DNA from: Treponemataceae bacterium
GTDB lineage: Bacteria; Spirochaetota; Spirochaetia; Treponematales; Rectinemataceae
DNA: 64,000 bases
Reading direction: 5' to 3'
NCBI GenBank assembly: GCA_963678065.2
Contig: CAXXVZ010000003.1
Coordinates: 896,001-960,000 of the forward strand
The notes under the pieces were generated by a model. The model worked only from the letters and a program-made list of their open reading frames with translations. It had not been told where the DNA came from and ran no database searches. The position numbers and the translations under genes were made by a program. Below, piece by piece: positions 29,026-38,615 of this stretch (the stretch's first letter is position 1; each line of letters opens with the position of its first letter).

Positions 29026-32000
29026 TCAAAAGGAAATTTTCCAACTCAGACTGAGGCTTTGGTCGCTGATAAACAAACTATCGGAGAGACTCGGGGATAC
29101 ATTCCATCGCAACAATCCGAAAGGAGTTTCAAATTCAACGCCGAATTCGGAGTCTAGACGCAAATTGGTCGAGGTAACAAGAGGGTCCTCTTTGAGACGG
29201 AGGGCGGCGTGGAGGAAGGCGGATTTGCCGAGGAATTTGCCCGCGTAGAGGTATGTGTTGTCGAGGTAGCTGCCTAGGCTGTTCCCGCTGCTGCCCACGA
29301 CGACGGGTTGGGAGATGTCATAAAGCCAGCGTTGGAAGAAACTGCTCCGGAGGTAGAAGACGTCGAGTCCGAGCGCTTCCCTGACACGCCACTCGAAGGC
29401 TTTGACCACATTGAGCTGGGGCAGGAATTCGGAGGAGCCGATGAAAGCTTCCCTGAGCCCCACCTCGCCCGATGAACCGGTGGAGAGAACACCTCCTCCG
29501 AGCAGGGAAACGAGCTGTGCCTCCGTCATGGTGGGATCGGAGCTCAGCCTCGGATTGAGGTTGGACAGGGGGCTGCGGTCGGCGCTGAGAGTGATGGTCA
29601 CGGGGCCTTTCGTATCCACTTCACGCAGCTCGGCCGACAGGCTGATCCGAGGATCGAAATAGGCGTTGGACTCGGCGAATTCGACCTGTCCGCTCTTGAG
29701 GAAGAAATTGCGCAGATAATAGAAGGCGTAGCCGCTGCGCAGGACGAGGATCCCGTCCAATTTGAAATCGCCGGACTCCTGGTCGAATTTGAGTTTGAGG
29801 GCGCTCGATGGATCCGCGCTGCCGGTGATGAGGGGCAGATCCTTGGAAGGAAGGAATACCTGAACCCTGCGTCCGAAGCCGAATTGCGCATCCAGATAGA
29901 CCTTGATGCCATCCTGCGGAGCCTGCGCCTCGCCCTGTCCCATGAAAAGTCCGGGATTGACCACTACGTCCCCGCTCTCCAGATTCATCGTTCCAACGAG
30001 TTCGAGGAGTTCTCCCTTGAGTTCGGCGTTCAGGTTGACGTGCGCGACGCCTTTCTCGATGAGGATGCCCGCTATCTTGCCGGACACGCCGACCGTGGCG
30101 TTGCCTTTCGTGTTGAGCTTGCCCGAGAGGCTTGCGAGATTCCAGTGATCGAGGCTCACCTGAAGGGAGAGTTCGGCCGCTCCGTTGCCTATAGAGACCT
30201 TCGGCGCCGAGAAATAGAGGTTCTTTCCTTCCAGTACAAGGGGGACGGAGAAGGGACCGATGGGCTCCTCGAGGTAGCCCTGAAGGCGGACTACGACATC
30301 CTTCAGATTGAGGTTTCCGTTCAGGTCGGGGTCGTCCAGGGGGCCCGCGACGGTGAAAGATCCCGATGCCTTGCCTTTTTCGATCCGGAGGAGCCCCTCG
30401 GTCACGTCGGGACCGAGATCCGCGAAGTTGAGCTCGAACCCGGAGACGGCGGCGGCGATGACGCCTTCCCTGAATGTCCCTTTGATCTTCGCGACGACAG
30501 GAACGGGCCGAGAGAGATTCAGTTCGAAATTCCCGTCTTTTTCGTAACGGCCGGAGACTTCGTCCCCCTCGCTGTCGACGGATATCCTGCCACTCTGACT
30601 CACGACGTTGATTCGCCATTCAGAAATGTCGATCCGCCGGAAGGTCAGGGATTGGACATCAAGTTTGAGGTTGTAGGAATCGACGATGGAGGAGAATGAA
30701 GAGCCCGAAGGAGCTCCCGAGGTTCCTGACCCTTTGATCACGGTCTGCAGTCTGTCGCTGCCGAAGACCCCCGTGTACGGGATGGCGAAATCGAGCGCTC
30801 CGCTCGCGGGATCCAGGGAGACCGACGCGCCCGTTATCTCGTGGTTTATGTAAGAAGCGTCGAGCTTCGTCACATTGAAGACGCCTTTATCCAGATTCCC
30901 CGTGAAGGAAAGACTGAGGGGAACCGAGTTGTATTCGCCATTAGCCAGCTTCCCGGAAAAAACCGCGAGAGGAAGGCCCGAAAGTCCTGGCGCGGCGAGG
31001 TCGAAGGCACCATCGAAGGAAGCAGTCATGTCGAGTTCTCCGCGGATGCCCGTCCCGGGAGAATCGGGATTCTGCGCCTTCATGGTGGCGGAAAGATCAT
31101 TGATCAGATTCCCGGCCGTGGCCTGGAGAGAATTCTCGTCCGCGGCCGCGGAGAGAGCAGTTCCTGCGGCGGTCGAAACAGCCGGAGTTGCGGTATTGTC
31201 TGGAATTGTAGGACTGGCAGAAGCTCTGCTCTCGCCAGAAAGACCTCCACCGAAGAGACGCTCGATGGGGAATCCCTTGAGGTCGATGGAACCCTTGAGC
31301 GAGCCGTCACGGTATCCCGCATCCACACTCCAGCTCTCCTGCCCCCACCTCCCCCTCTCTCCTTCACCCCCTTCCCGTTCCAGCCTCCCCTTCACCTCCA
31401 CCCCACCCTTCACCTCTTCCCCATACCGGATACTCACCGGCCCTTTCAGCTTCCTTCCCCACCCCTCCACCACCACTTCCGCCAGCTCCACCTCCCCTGC
31501 CTTCCCCTTCAGACTCCCCCTTATCTTCGGTATCGGACTCTCCTTACCCCCCGCTCCCGCCACCGAAAACTCCACCCCCTCGACCCTCCACTCCTTCCCA
31601 CTACGATACTCTCCCTTCCCCCTCGCCATCACATTCACCACACCCATCCCTTTCCCCATCGGGACCGGCACACCTCCCACTCCAAACCCTACCGCGTACC
31701 CTCCCCCTGCTTCCCGCTGCACCTCCACCTCGATCCCGTAATCCCCCTTCGCCTCCACACTCCCGTCCGCCTTCGCTTTCCCCTCTATCCCGTACTCGAT
31801 CCCTTCATACTTCGCTTTCACCCGAAACCTCAGATCCCCTCCTGCCTCAAAATCTACCCGCCCCTCCCCCTCGACTTCCTTACCCCCCGCCTCGATCTTC
31901 ACGTTCTTCACTTCCGCGTAGTCCCCGTTCCCCACTCCCGCACATCCCAGACTGAACCCTTCCCCTCCACTCACCTTCATCCCCGGCGCGTTCCACGACA

Positions 32001-35000
32001 CCTTCCGGAAATCGCTCGTCGCATACACCCGCCCGGTCGCACGAAGCCCCCTCAGCACCCGCAAGTCTTCCGTCTTCCCCGTCACCGCCCCGTACACCAC
32101 ACCCACACTCCCCAGCCGATACCCCTCAAGGTCCACTTCCCCTTCCGCTCGCAGCTCCCCTGTCCTGTCCAGCCTCACCTGAACCGACACTTCTCTCCCC
32201 TTCCCCTCTTTCCCTCTCCCTAGCCCTCCCTTCAGCTCTACTACCTTGCTCCCCACCTTCGCCTCTATCTCCGGCTGCGCATACTCTTCATCCCCCACTC
32301 GCAGCGTCGCTCCTGCAAGCCGATACTCTCCCTTCCCCCCCTTCACCGCGAGTTCCGTCTGCCCTCCTTTCTCACCCCCCTTCCCCTTCAACTCCAGCCC
32401 AAGCAGTCCATCCACGGTGAGCCCTTCAAGCCCTACCTCTCCTGCAAAACTCCCGCTCACCACTCCGTACTCAAGCCGCGCTTCCTCGATCTTCACGGCC
32501 TGCCCTCGCCCTTCACCTTTCACCCTCAGCCCCGTCACCCGATTCGACTCCCCCGATACCCCGGCCCCCCCCACCGCACTCCCCGATGCCGCTCCTACAG
32601 GGCTAGCCCCTCCTGCACCCTCTCCTTCTCCTTCACTCCCGATATCCACCGCGTACTCCGCCCTCCTTCCCTCCAACCCAGGCACACCCAACCGGATGCT
32701 CCCTGTATAGGCTGTCCGCAGGAAATCAGTCAGCCAGGCAGGAGGCGCTTCCGCGGCGATCATATCCACGGGCCGGAGTCCGGAGAGGGCGAGTGAAAGG
32801 CCGAAATCGCCGGACCCGAGATCCAGGGAAGCGTTCGCAGACAATCCATCCTTCGACGCCCTTTGCATCGCGAGCCGGGAACCGTTGAAATCGAGATCGA
32901 ACCTTTGTTCGGCAACACTGAAGGCTTTGGACCGGTATCCGGCCATCATCTGACCTTTCAGGGCGGTCTGCCCTTGCCCGGACGCAGAGCCGGAATTCTT
33001 GCCCAGGATACTGGAGAGATCGACCGGCCCGCGGAGGTCGATGAAGCCGTCGACAAGGCCGTCCACGGCGACGCCGGGTATCCTCGACATCTGAAAACCT
33101 CTGACTTCGGCCTTTCCCGCGAGGTTTCCTCGCGCGACCGAAACGTCGAAATCCCAGGATTCCCCGGAGGCAGACAGGCTTCCCTTCAGCGATGCGGAGC
33201 CTTCCGAGCCGGTCGGGTAGAGTATGTCGGCCTTCCCGACAAGGGCTGTCGCCCCAGATCCGAGACTCAGATCGGATAGGGCGATGGAGCCTGGACGGAG
33301 GCGTGCCTTCGCGAGAATGGTGGGGATCCGACTTTCCTTGCCGCCTGCAGGACGTAAGGCGAGGCGGGAAAAATCCAGATGCCAGTCGCCGGGAGCCTTG
33401 TATCCGCCAAGGAGGGTGAAACTCGCGTTCACCACGCCGAGTTCGGAGTCGAAAGGCAAGGGGAGATCTTCCGCTGTCGCCTCTGCCGAGTAGCTCCCCG
33501 CACTTTGTGAAACAAGAACCCTGAGGCCGTGATTTCCCTGGATAAGGAATTTTCCATCAGCATCGGTGGAACCGGAGACTGTGTAGCTCGCTCCGTTCCA
33601 CTGTATTTCCGACGAGAGCCGCGCGGAGAGTCTGGACGGATCGATCCTTATTCCGGCAGGGAAACCGAGGTCGAGAACGGTGTCGATCGCCCGCGCGGGC
33701 CCGGCCGTCACGAGGGGAGCCGTTATCGTATAGGCGTTCCGGGCACCCTTTATACCAAGGTCGGTCCGTATCGGGAAGCCTCCGGGTTTCTGGGCGCCAA
33801 TGGCGATCAGTGCGCTTCCATCCACCGACATGTCCGCGAGGCCTATCCGTCCGGCAAACTCCACCCTGTCCGCGCCGCGAGAGAAGGAGAGCTTCCTCAC
33901 CTGCATGTTCGCGGCTGTCCCGTCGGCATCGAGGGCCAGCGACAGACCTGTGCCACCTCCCGTGGCCTCGACGACTCCCGTCTCCGCCGGAACGGACAGG
34001 AAACTTGTTCCACTCTGTCCTTCCAGCTTCGCCGTGAAGGCCGCCTTCCCGAAATCCCCGGCCGGCACCTTCAGCTCCAGCTTGCCCGTGAGAGGCATCC
34101 CGAAGAAAGCGGAGAAATCCTTCGACGCAGTTTTCAGGTCGACGAAGTCGGAAAGGCGGAAATCGCGCAGTGACAGGCCGGCAACCAGATCCTTCCCCGC
34201 CGGAGCATACGTTGCTGCGATCGAGATGCCGTCCCTGTCGGGCAGATGCGCTTCGATTTTCTTCCCATCAAACGAGATATCGAAACGTCTTTCGGCGACA
34301 TCGAATGAAGGAGATCGCAGGCCCGCCATGAGTCTGGCCTTGATAGTGCCGGGACCCGCAGGGTCGCCGAGTCGGGCAAAATCGAAGGGGCCTTCGAACG
34401 AGAGATATCCGTCGGCTTCTGCCTCGGGAGCGTCGGAATACAGTCGTCGGATGGGGAATCCCTTGAGGTCGATGGAACCCTTGAGCGAGCCGTCACGGTA
34501 TCCCGCATCCACACTCCAGCTCTCCTGCCCCCACCTCCCCCTCTCTCCTTCACCCCCTTCCCGTTCCAGCCTCCCCTTCACCTCCACCCCACCCTTCACC
34601 TCTTCCCCATACCGGATACTCACCGGCCCTTTCAGCTTCCTTCCCCACCCCTCCACCACCACTTCCGCCAGCTCCACCTCCCCTGCCTTCCCCTTCAGAC
34701 TCCCCCTTATCTTCGGTATCGGACTCTCCTTACCCCCCGCTCCCGCCACCGAAAACTCCACCCCCTCGACCCTCCACTCCTTCCCACTACGATACTCTCC
34801 CTTCCCCCTCGCCATCACATTCACCACACCCATCCCTTTCCCCATCGGGACCGGCACACCTCCCACTCCAAACCCTACCGCGTACCCTCCCCCTGCTTCC
34901 CGCTGCACCTCCACCTCGATCCCGTAATCCCCCTTCGCCTCCACACTCCCGTCCGCCTTCGCTTTCCCCTCTATCCCGTACTCGATCCCTTCATACTTCG

Positions 35001-36837
35001 CTTTCACCCGAAACCTCAGATCCCCTCCTGCCTCAAAATCTACCCGCCCCTCCCCCTCGACTTCCTTACCCCCCGCCTCGATCTTCACGTTCTTCACTTC
35101 CGCGTAGTCCCCGTTCCCCACTCCCGCACATCCCAGACTGAACCCTTCCCCTCCACTCACCTTCATCCCCGGCGCGTTCCACGACACCTTCCGGAAATCG
35201 CTCGTCGCATACACCCGCCCGGTCGCACGAAGCCCCCTCAGCACCCGCAAGTCTTCCGTCTTCCCCGTCACCGCCCCGTACACCACACCCACACTCCCCA
35301 GCCGATACCCCTCAAGGTCCACTTCCCCTTCCGCTCGCAGCTCCCCTGTCCTGTCCAGCCTCACCTGAACCGACACTTCTCTCCCCTTCCCCTCTTTCCC
35401 TCTCCCTAGCCCTCCCTTCAGCTCTACTACCTTGCTCCCCACCTTCGCCTCTATCTCCGGCTGCGCATACTCTTCATCCCCCACTCGCAGCGTCGCTCCT
35501 GCAAGCCGATACTCTCCCTTCCCCCCCTTCACCGCGAGTTCCGTCTGCCCTCCTTTCTCACCCCCCTTCCCCTTCAACTCCAGCCCAAGCAGTCCATCCA
35601 CGGTGAGCCCTTCAAGCCCTACCTCTCCTGCAAAACTCCCGCTCACCACTCCGTACTCAAGCCGCGCTTCCTCGATCTTCACGGCCTGCCCTCGCCCTTC
35701 ACCCTTCACCCTCAGCCCCGTCACCCGATTCGACTCCCCCGATACCCCGGCTCCTCCCTCCGCACTCCCCGATGCCGCTCCTACAGGGCTAGCCCCTCCT
35801 GCACCCTCTCCTTCTCCTTCACTTCCGATATCCACCGCGTACTCCGCCCTCCTTCCCTCCAACCCAGGCACCCGCACCCGGATATTCCCTGTATAGGAGT
35901 CGTCGAGCAGAGCCTGGGTATTTGCGGATTTCGTGACGACTGCGGAGATCTTTGCCGGGACAAAATTCTTGAGATCGACCGACGCGGAGAGGTTCTTGTC
36001 TTGCAGGTTCAGGACGGCTCGCGCGGCCAGCCCCTCGGAGGCAGGGCGGTCGAGCTCGAACCTCGATCCGTCGAAAGAAATGTTGAAACTCTGCCCGGAA
36101 ACCGAAAATCCCTCGGCCCTGTACCCTATCAGTATCTTGCCCCGGAAAGAACTCAGTATGGGATTGAACGAGAGTCCGAATTCGAGCGGTCCCGAGACAG
36201 AGAAACCGTTCCCCGCCGGAGAAAGAGAGTAATTCCCGTTCAGGAATGACAAAGCCGGCACAGCTTCCTTTGTGGAAAACGTGATGAGCGCCGAATCCAG
36301 CCGATAGCTTCCGCCTCCGGCAGTACCCCCCGCATTAGCTCCAGAGGTCCCGCCGGAAGTACTGCCGGTATCTCGCAGTTCCATCACGGTGTCCGTGAGA
36401 CGGATCGAGATGGGCGGAGGTGTCGAGGCGGGGCCCGATCCGAGGAGTTTACGGAGCTTTTCCGCCGTGTCGGCGTCTCCCGGGAGGACGAGAGAGAGTC
36501 TGGTCTTGTCGAGGCGGATATCTTTGACTATGTGGCGGCTGTCACCCGCGACGAGGGCGGGAAGACTGTAGAGGACCGAGAGCCTGCCTGCCGAAAGAAG
36601 GACGCTGCCGTCAGGACGCGAGAAGCGTATCCCGTTCAGAGTAAGGGAACTCAGAATCGAGGGGGAGATCGAGGAAAACCGGAGATCGAGGCCGAGTTCC
36701 TTTTTGACGTATGTCTGAAGGTCGACGACAATGGAGCCGGCCTTCCTGCTGACCGCACGGTACACCAGCGGCGTCGCTGCGAGGAAGAGGATTATGAATG
36801 CTCCTGTCGCGGCGAAAGCCCGCCTGCGCTTCACCAT
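29026..36837 (-). CDS. tamB: Very large TamB/AsmA-like (bridge-like) envelope protein, 2603 aa, with internal duplication
   Basis: N-terminal TM anchor, beta-rich body and TamB-like C-terminus (FDPRISLSAE, LSSDPTMTEAQLVSLL, aromatic terminal strand WKISF). Directly upstream of bamA, as in other spirochetes. Confidence 0.85.
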   Translation of the reverse strand: MVKRRRAFAATGAFIILFLAATPLVYRAVSRKAGSIVVDLQTYVKKELGLDLRFSSISPSILSSLTLNGIRFSRPDGSVLLSAGRLSVLYSLPALVAGDSRHIVKDIRLDKTRLSLVLPGDADTAEKLRKLLGSGPASTPPPISIRLTDTVMELRDTGSTSGGTSGANAGGTAGGGSYRLDSALITFSTKEAVPALSFLNGNYSLSPAGNGFSVSGPLEFGLSFNPILSSFRGKILIGYRAEGFSVSGQSFNISFDGSRFELDRPASEGLAARAVLNLQDKNLSASVDLKNFVPAKISAVVTKSANTQALLDDSYTGNIRVRVPGLEGRRAEYAVDIGSEGEGEGAGGASPVGAASGSAEGGAGVSGESNRVTGLRVKGEGRGQAVKIEEARLEYGVVSGSFAGEVGLEGLTVDGLLGLELKGKGGEKGGQTELAVKGGKGEYRLAGATLRVGDEEYAQPEIEAKVGSKVVELKGGLGRGKEGKGREVSVQVRLDRTGELRAEGEVDLEGYRLGSVGVVYGAVTGKTEDLRVLRGLRATGRVYATSDFRKVSWNAPGMKVSGGEGFSLGCAGVGNGDYAEVKNVKIEAGGKEVEGEGRVDFEAGGDLRFRVKAKYEGIEYGIEGKAKADGSVEAKGDYGIEVEVQREAGGGYAVGFGVGGVPVPMGKGMGVVNVMARGKGEYRSGKEWRVEGVEFSVAGAGGKESPIPKIRGSLKGKAGEVELAEVVVEGWGRKLKGPVSIRYGEEVKGGVEVKGRLEREGGEGERGRWGQESWSVDAGYRDGSLKGSIDLKGFPIRRLYSDAPEAEADGYLSFEGPFDFARLGDPAGPGTIKARLMAGLRSPSFDVAERRFDISFDGKKIEAHLPDRDGISIAATYAPAGKDLVAGLSLRDFRLSDFVDLKTASKDFSAFFGMPLTGKLELKVPAGDFGKAAFTAKLEGQSGTSFLSVPAETGVVEATGGGTGLSLALDADGTAANMQVRKLSFSRGADRVEFAGRIGLADMSVDGSALIAIGAQKPGGFPIRTDLGIKGARNAYTITAPLVTAGPARAIDTVLDLGFPAGIRIDPSRLSARLSSEIQWNGASYTVSGSTDADGKFLIQGNHGLRVLVSQSAGSYSAEATAEDLPLPFDSELGVVNASFTLLGGYKAPGDWHLDFSRLALRPAGGKESRIPTILAKARLRPGSIALSDLSLGSGATALVGKADILYPTGSEGSASLKGSLSASGESWDFDVSVARGNLAGKAEVRGFQMSRIPGVAVDGLVDGFIDLRGPVDLSSILGKNSGSASGQGQTALKGQMMAGYRSKAFSVAEQRFDLDFNGSRLAMQRASKDGLSANASLDLGSGDFGLSLALSGLRPVDMIAAEAPPAWLTDFLRTAYTGSIRLGVPGLEGRRAEYAVDIGSEGEGEGAGGASPVGAASGSAVGGAGVSGESNRVTGLRVKGEGRGQAVKIEEARLEYGVVSGSFAGEVGLEGLTVDGLLGLELKGKGGEKGGQTELAVKGGKGEYRLAGATLRVGDEEYAQPEIEAKVGSKVVELKGGLGRGKEGKGREVSVQVRLDRTGELRAEGEVDLEGYRLGSVGVVYGAVTGKTEDLRVLRGLRATGRVYATSDFRKVSWNAPGMKVSGGEGFSLGCAGVGNGDYAEVKNVKIEAGGKEVEGEGRVDFEAGGDLRFRVKAKYEGIEYGIEGKAKADGSVEAKGDYGIEVEVQREAGGGYAVGFGVGGVPVPMGKGMGVVNVMARGKGEYRSGKEWRVEGVEFSVAGAGGKESPIPKIRGSLKGKAGEVELAEVVVEGWGRKLKGPVSIRYGEEVKGGVEVKGRLEREGGEGERGRWGQESWSVDAGYRDGSLKGSIDLKGFPIERLFGGGLSGESRASASPTIPDNTATPAVSTAAGTALSAAADENSLQATAGNLINDLSATMKAQNPDSPGTGIRGELDMTASFDGAFDLAAPGLSGLPLAVFSGKLANGEYNSVPLSLSFTGNLDKGVFNVTKLDASYINHEITGASVSLDPASGALDFAIPYTGVFGSDRLQTVIKGSGTSGAPSGSSFSSIVDSYNLKLDVQSLTFRRIDISEWRINVVSQSGRISVDSEGDEVSGRYEKDGNFELNLSRPVPVVAKIKGTFREGVIAAAVSGFELNFADLGPDVTEGLLRIEKGKASGSFTVAGPLDDPDLNGNLNLKDVVVRLQGYLEEPIGPFSVPLVLEGKNLYFSAPKVSIGNGAAELSLQVSLDHWNLASLSGKLNTKGNATVGVSGKIAGILIEKGVAHVNLNAELKGELLELVGTMNLESGDVVVNPGLFMGQGEAQAPQDGIKVYLDAQFGFGRRVQVFLPSKDLPLITGSADPSSALKLKFDQESGDFKLDGILVLRSGYAFYYLRNFFLKSGQVEFAESNAYFDPRISLSAELREVDTKGPVTITLSADRSPLSNLNPRLSSDPTMTEAQLVSLLGGGVLSTGSSGEVGLREAFIGSSEFLPQLNVVKAFEWRVREALGLDVFYLRSSFFQRWLYDISQPVVVGSSGNSLGSYLDNTYLYAGKFLGKSAFLHAALRLKEDPLVTSTNLRLDSEFGVEFETPFGLLRWNVSPSLSDSLFISDQSLSLSWKISF
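31264..32685. repeat. ~1.42 kb direct repeat in tamB, copy B (C-proximal)
   Basis: Matches 34450-35871 at offset 3186; only 5 mismatches found by eye. Confidence 0.97.
34450..35871. repeat. ~1.42 kb direct repeat in tamB, copy A (N-proximal)
   Basis: Matches 31264-32685; encodes VPGLEGRRAEYAVDIG...GSIDLKGFPI. Confidence 0.97.
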
Positions 36838-36893
36838 CTATTCGGTTCCTTTCTCGTGGACGTCGACCGGTTATGACAGTATACTCCGGATCG

Positions 36894-37541
36894 ATGGACA
36901 ATGCTGCCGAAAAATCGATCTTCAAGCGTTTTGTCGTCCTCGAAGGCATCGACGGAGCCGGAACGACGACCCAGCTGGGCAGGCTGCGCGATGCCCTCAC
37001 CAGGGCGGGAATGCCGCACTGGCCGACCTGCGAGCCCACATCGCGCCCCGAGGGAGCCCTCATCCGGCGCATCCTCGGCGGCGAGCTTCCGGCCCACCCC
37101 GGCACGGTCGCCCACCTCTTCGCCGCCGACCGCCACGAGCATCTCTACGGGGCCGGAGGCATCGTGGAACACCTCGCCGCCGGCGACATAGTGATCAGCG
37201 ACCGCTATGTCCTCTCGAGCCTCGCCTACCAGGGAGCCACCTGCGGTTTCGAGCTCCCAATGAAGCTGAACGGGGATTTCCCTCTGCCCGGGCTGACCCT
37301 CTTCTTCGATGTCGATCCCTCCCTTTCCATGGCGCGCCTCGCCTCGCGCAGCCACTTGGAGATATACGAGAAACAAAGTTTCCAGGAAAAGGTTGCTGAT
37401 TGTTACGAGGAAGCCCTGGAAACCCTCGCCCGCGCGGGAGCCGAGGCCATTCGGATCGATGCCTCACTGTCGCCCGCGGAGGTCACCGCCCAGGTTTTCC
37501 GCGCTGTCGGCAAGAGTCTCAGAATCGACCTGAGGCCCTGA
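36894..37541 (+). CDS. tmk: Thymidylate kinase
   Basis: EGIDGAGTTTQ, LFAADR and SDRYVLSSLAYQG motifs. Start MDNAAEK. Confidence 0.96.
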   Translation: MDNAAEKSIFKRFVVLEGIDGAGTTTQLGRLRDALTRAGMPHWPTCEPTSRPEGALIRRILGGELPAHPGTVAHLFAADRHEHLYGAGGIVEHLAAGDIVISDRYVLSSLAYQGATCGFELPMKLNGDFPLPGLTLFFDVDPSLSMARLASRSHLEIYEKQSFQEKVADCYEEALETLARAGAEAIRIDASLSPAEVTAQVFRAVGKSLRIDLRP

Positions 37542-37595
37542 TGTGGACGGCCGCTTATCAGGAAAACTCAAGACCGTCGACACCTCAGACCCGCC

Positions 37596-38615
37596 CTACC
37601 TGATCAGCATCGCGTCCCCGTAGCTGAAAAAGCGGTATTTTTCTCGCACGGCCGCCGCGTAGGCATCCAGTATCCTCTGTCTTCCCGCGAAGGCCGACAC
37701 GAGCATGAGGAGGGTCGACTTGGGCGTGTGGAAATTGGTGAAGAGCCTGTCCACGACCTTGAAGGTGTACCCCGGATAGATGAAAATCCTCGTGCTGCCC
37801 GGCCCGGCCGCGAGGCCTCCTTCGGCCCAGGCGGACTCGAGGGTCCTGAGACTCGTCGTCCCGACGGCGACGACGGGCCGTCCCTGGGACTTGGCGCGCG
37901 CGACGGCTGCTGCCGTTTCGGCCGGAACGGAGTACTCCTCCTCGTGCATGAGGTGGTCCTCGATCCGCTCCGAACGCACGGGAAGAAAGGTTCCGAGCCC
38001 CACGTGCAGCGTCACCCAGGCGCTCTCGATTCCTTTGGCCGACAGCGAGTCGAGAATCTCGGGCGTGAAATGGAGGCCCGCAGTCGGCGAGGCGGATGAT
38101 CCGACATTCTTCGAGTACACGGTCTGGTAGCGCTCGGCGTCGGAGGGGACGTCCTCCCTCTTTATATATGGAGGAAGCGGAATGTGGCCAACGCGGTCCA
38201 GGTAGTCTTCGCCGATGGGCGGAGAGAATCTGATCGTCCGCGTGTCCTCGCGCGCGTCGACGATTTCGCCCGATACGCCCTCGGGAAAGGAGTACAGCCG
38301 CCCGGGTCTCTGCCGTTTCGCCTTGGTGCAGGCGGCTTCCCAGACATCCGGACCCTGTCTCCGAAGAAGCAGGAACTCGACCCCGGAGCCGGTATCGCAG
38401 GCGGTTCCGAAGAGCCTCGCCTTCCTGACCCGCGAATCGTTGAACACCATGAGGCTGCCGGCTTCGACAAAGGAAGCTATATCGCGGACCATGGAGTGCG
38501 TCAGCCGCCCCGAGGCGCGGTCCAGAACGAGGAGACGGGAATCGCCGCGATTTCCTGTCGGAAACTGGGCGATTTGCTCCTCGGGCAGTTCAAAACTGAA
38601 ATCGTCCGTCTTCAC
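37596..38615 (-). CDS. queA: S-adenosylmethionine:tRNA ribosyltransferase-isomerase
   Basis: [29 protein letters not shown] and [10 protein letters not shown] motifs. Confidence 0.97.
   Translation of the reverse strand: MKTDDFSFELPEEQIAQFPTGNRGDSRLLVLDRASGRLTHSMVRDIASFVEAGSLMVFNDSRVRKARLFGTACDTGSGVEFLLLRRQGPDVWEAACTKAKRQRPGRLYSFPEGVSGEIVDAREDTRTIRFSPPIGEDYLDRVGHIPLPPYIKREDVPSDAERYQTVYSKNVGSSASPTAGLHFTPEILDSLSAKGIESAWVTLHVGLGTFLPVRSERIEDHLMHEEEYSVPAETAAAVARAKSQGRPVVAVGTTSLRTLESAWAEGGLAAGPGSTRIFIYPGYTFKVVDRLFTNFHTPKSTLLMLVSAFAGRQRILDAYAAAVREKYRFFSYGDAMLIR

Noticed and set aside
30841..32223. Pro/His/Leu-rich ORFs on + over the cassettes
   Set aside because: A by-product of the C/T-rich strand lacking stop codons.
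31264..35871. The 1.42-kb direct repeats as IS copies or a composite transposon
   Set aside because: No transposase, terminal inverted repeats or target duplication. The repeats encode part of the TamB frame and are homologous to the sequence between them.
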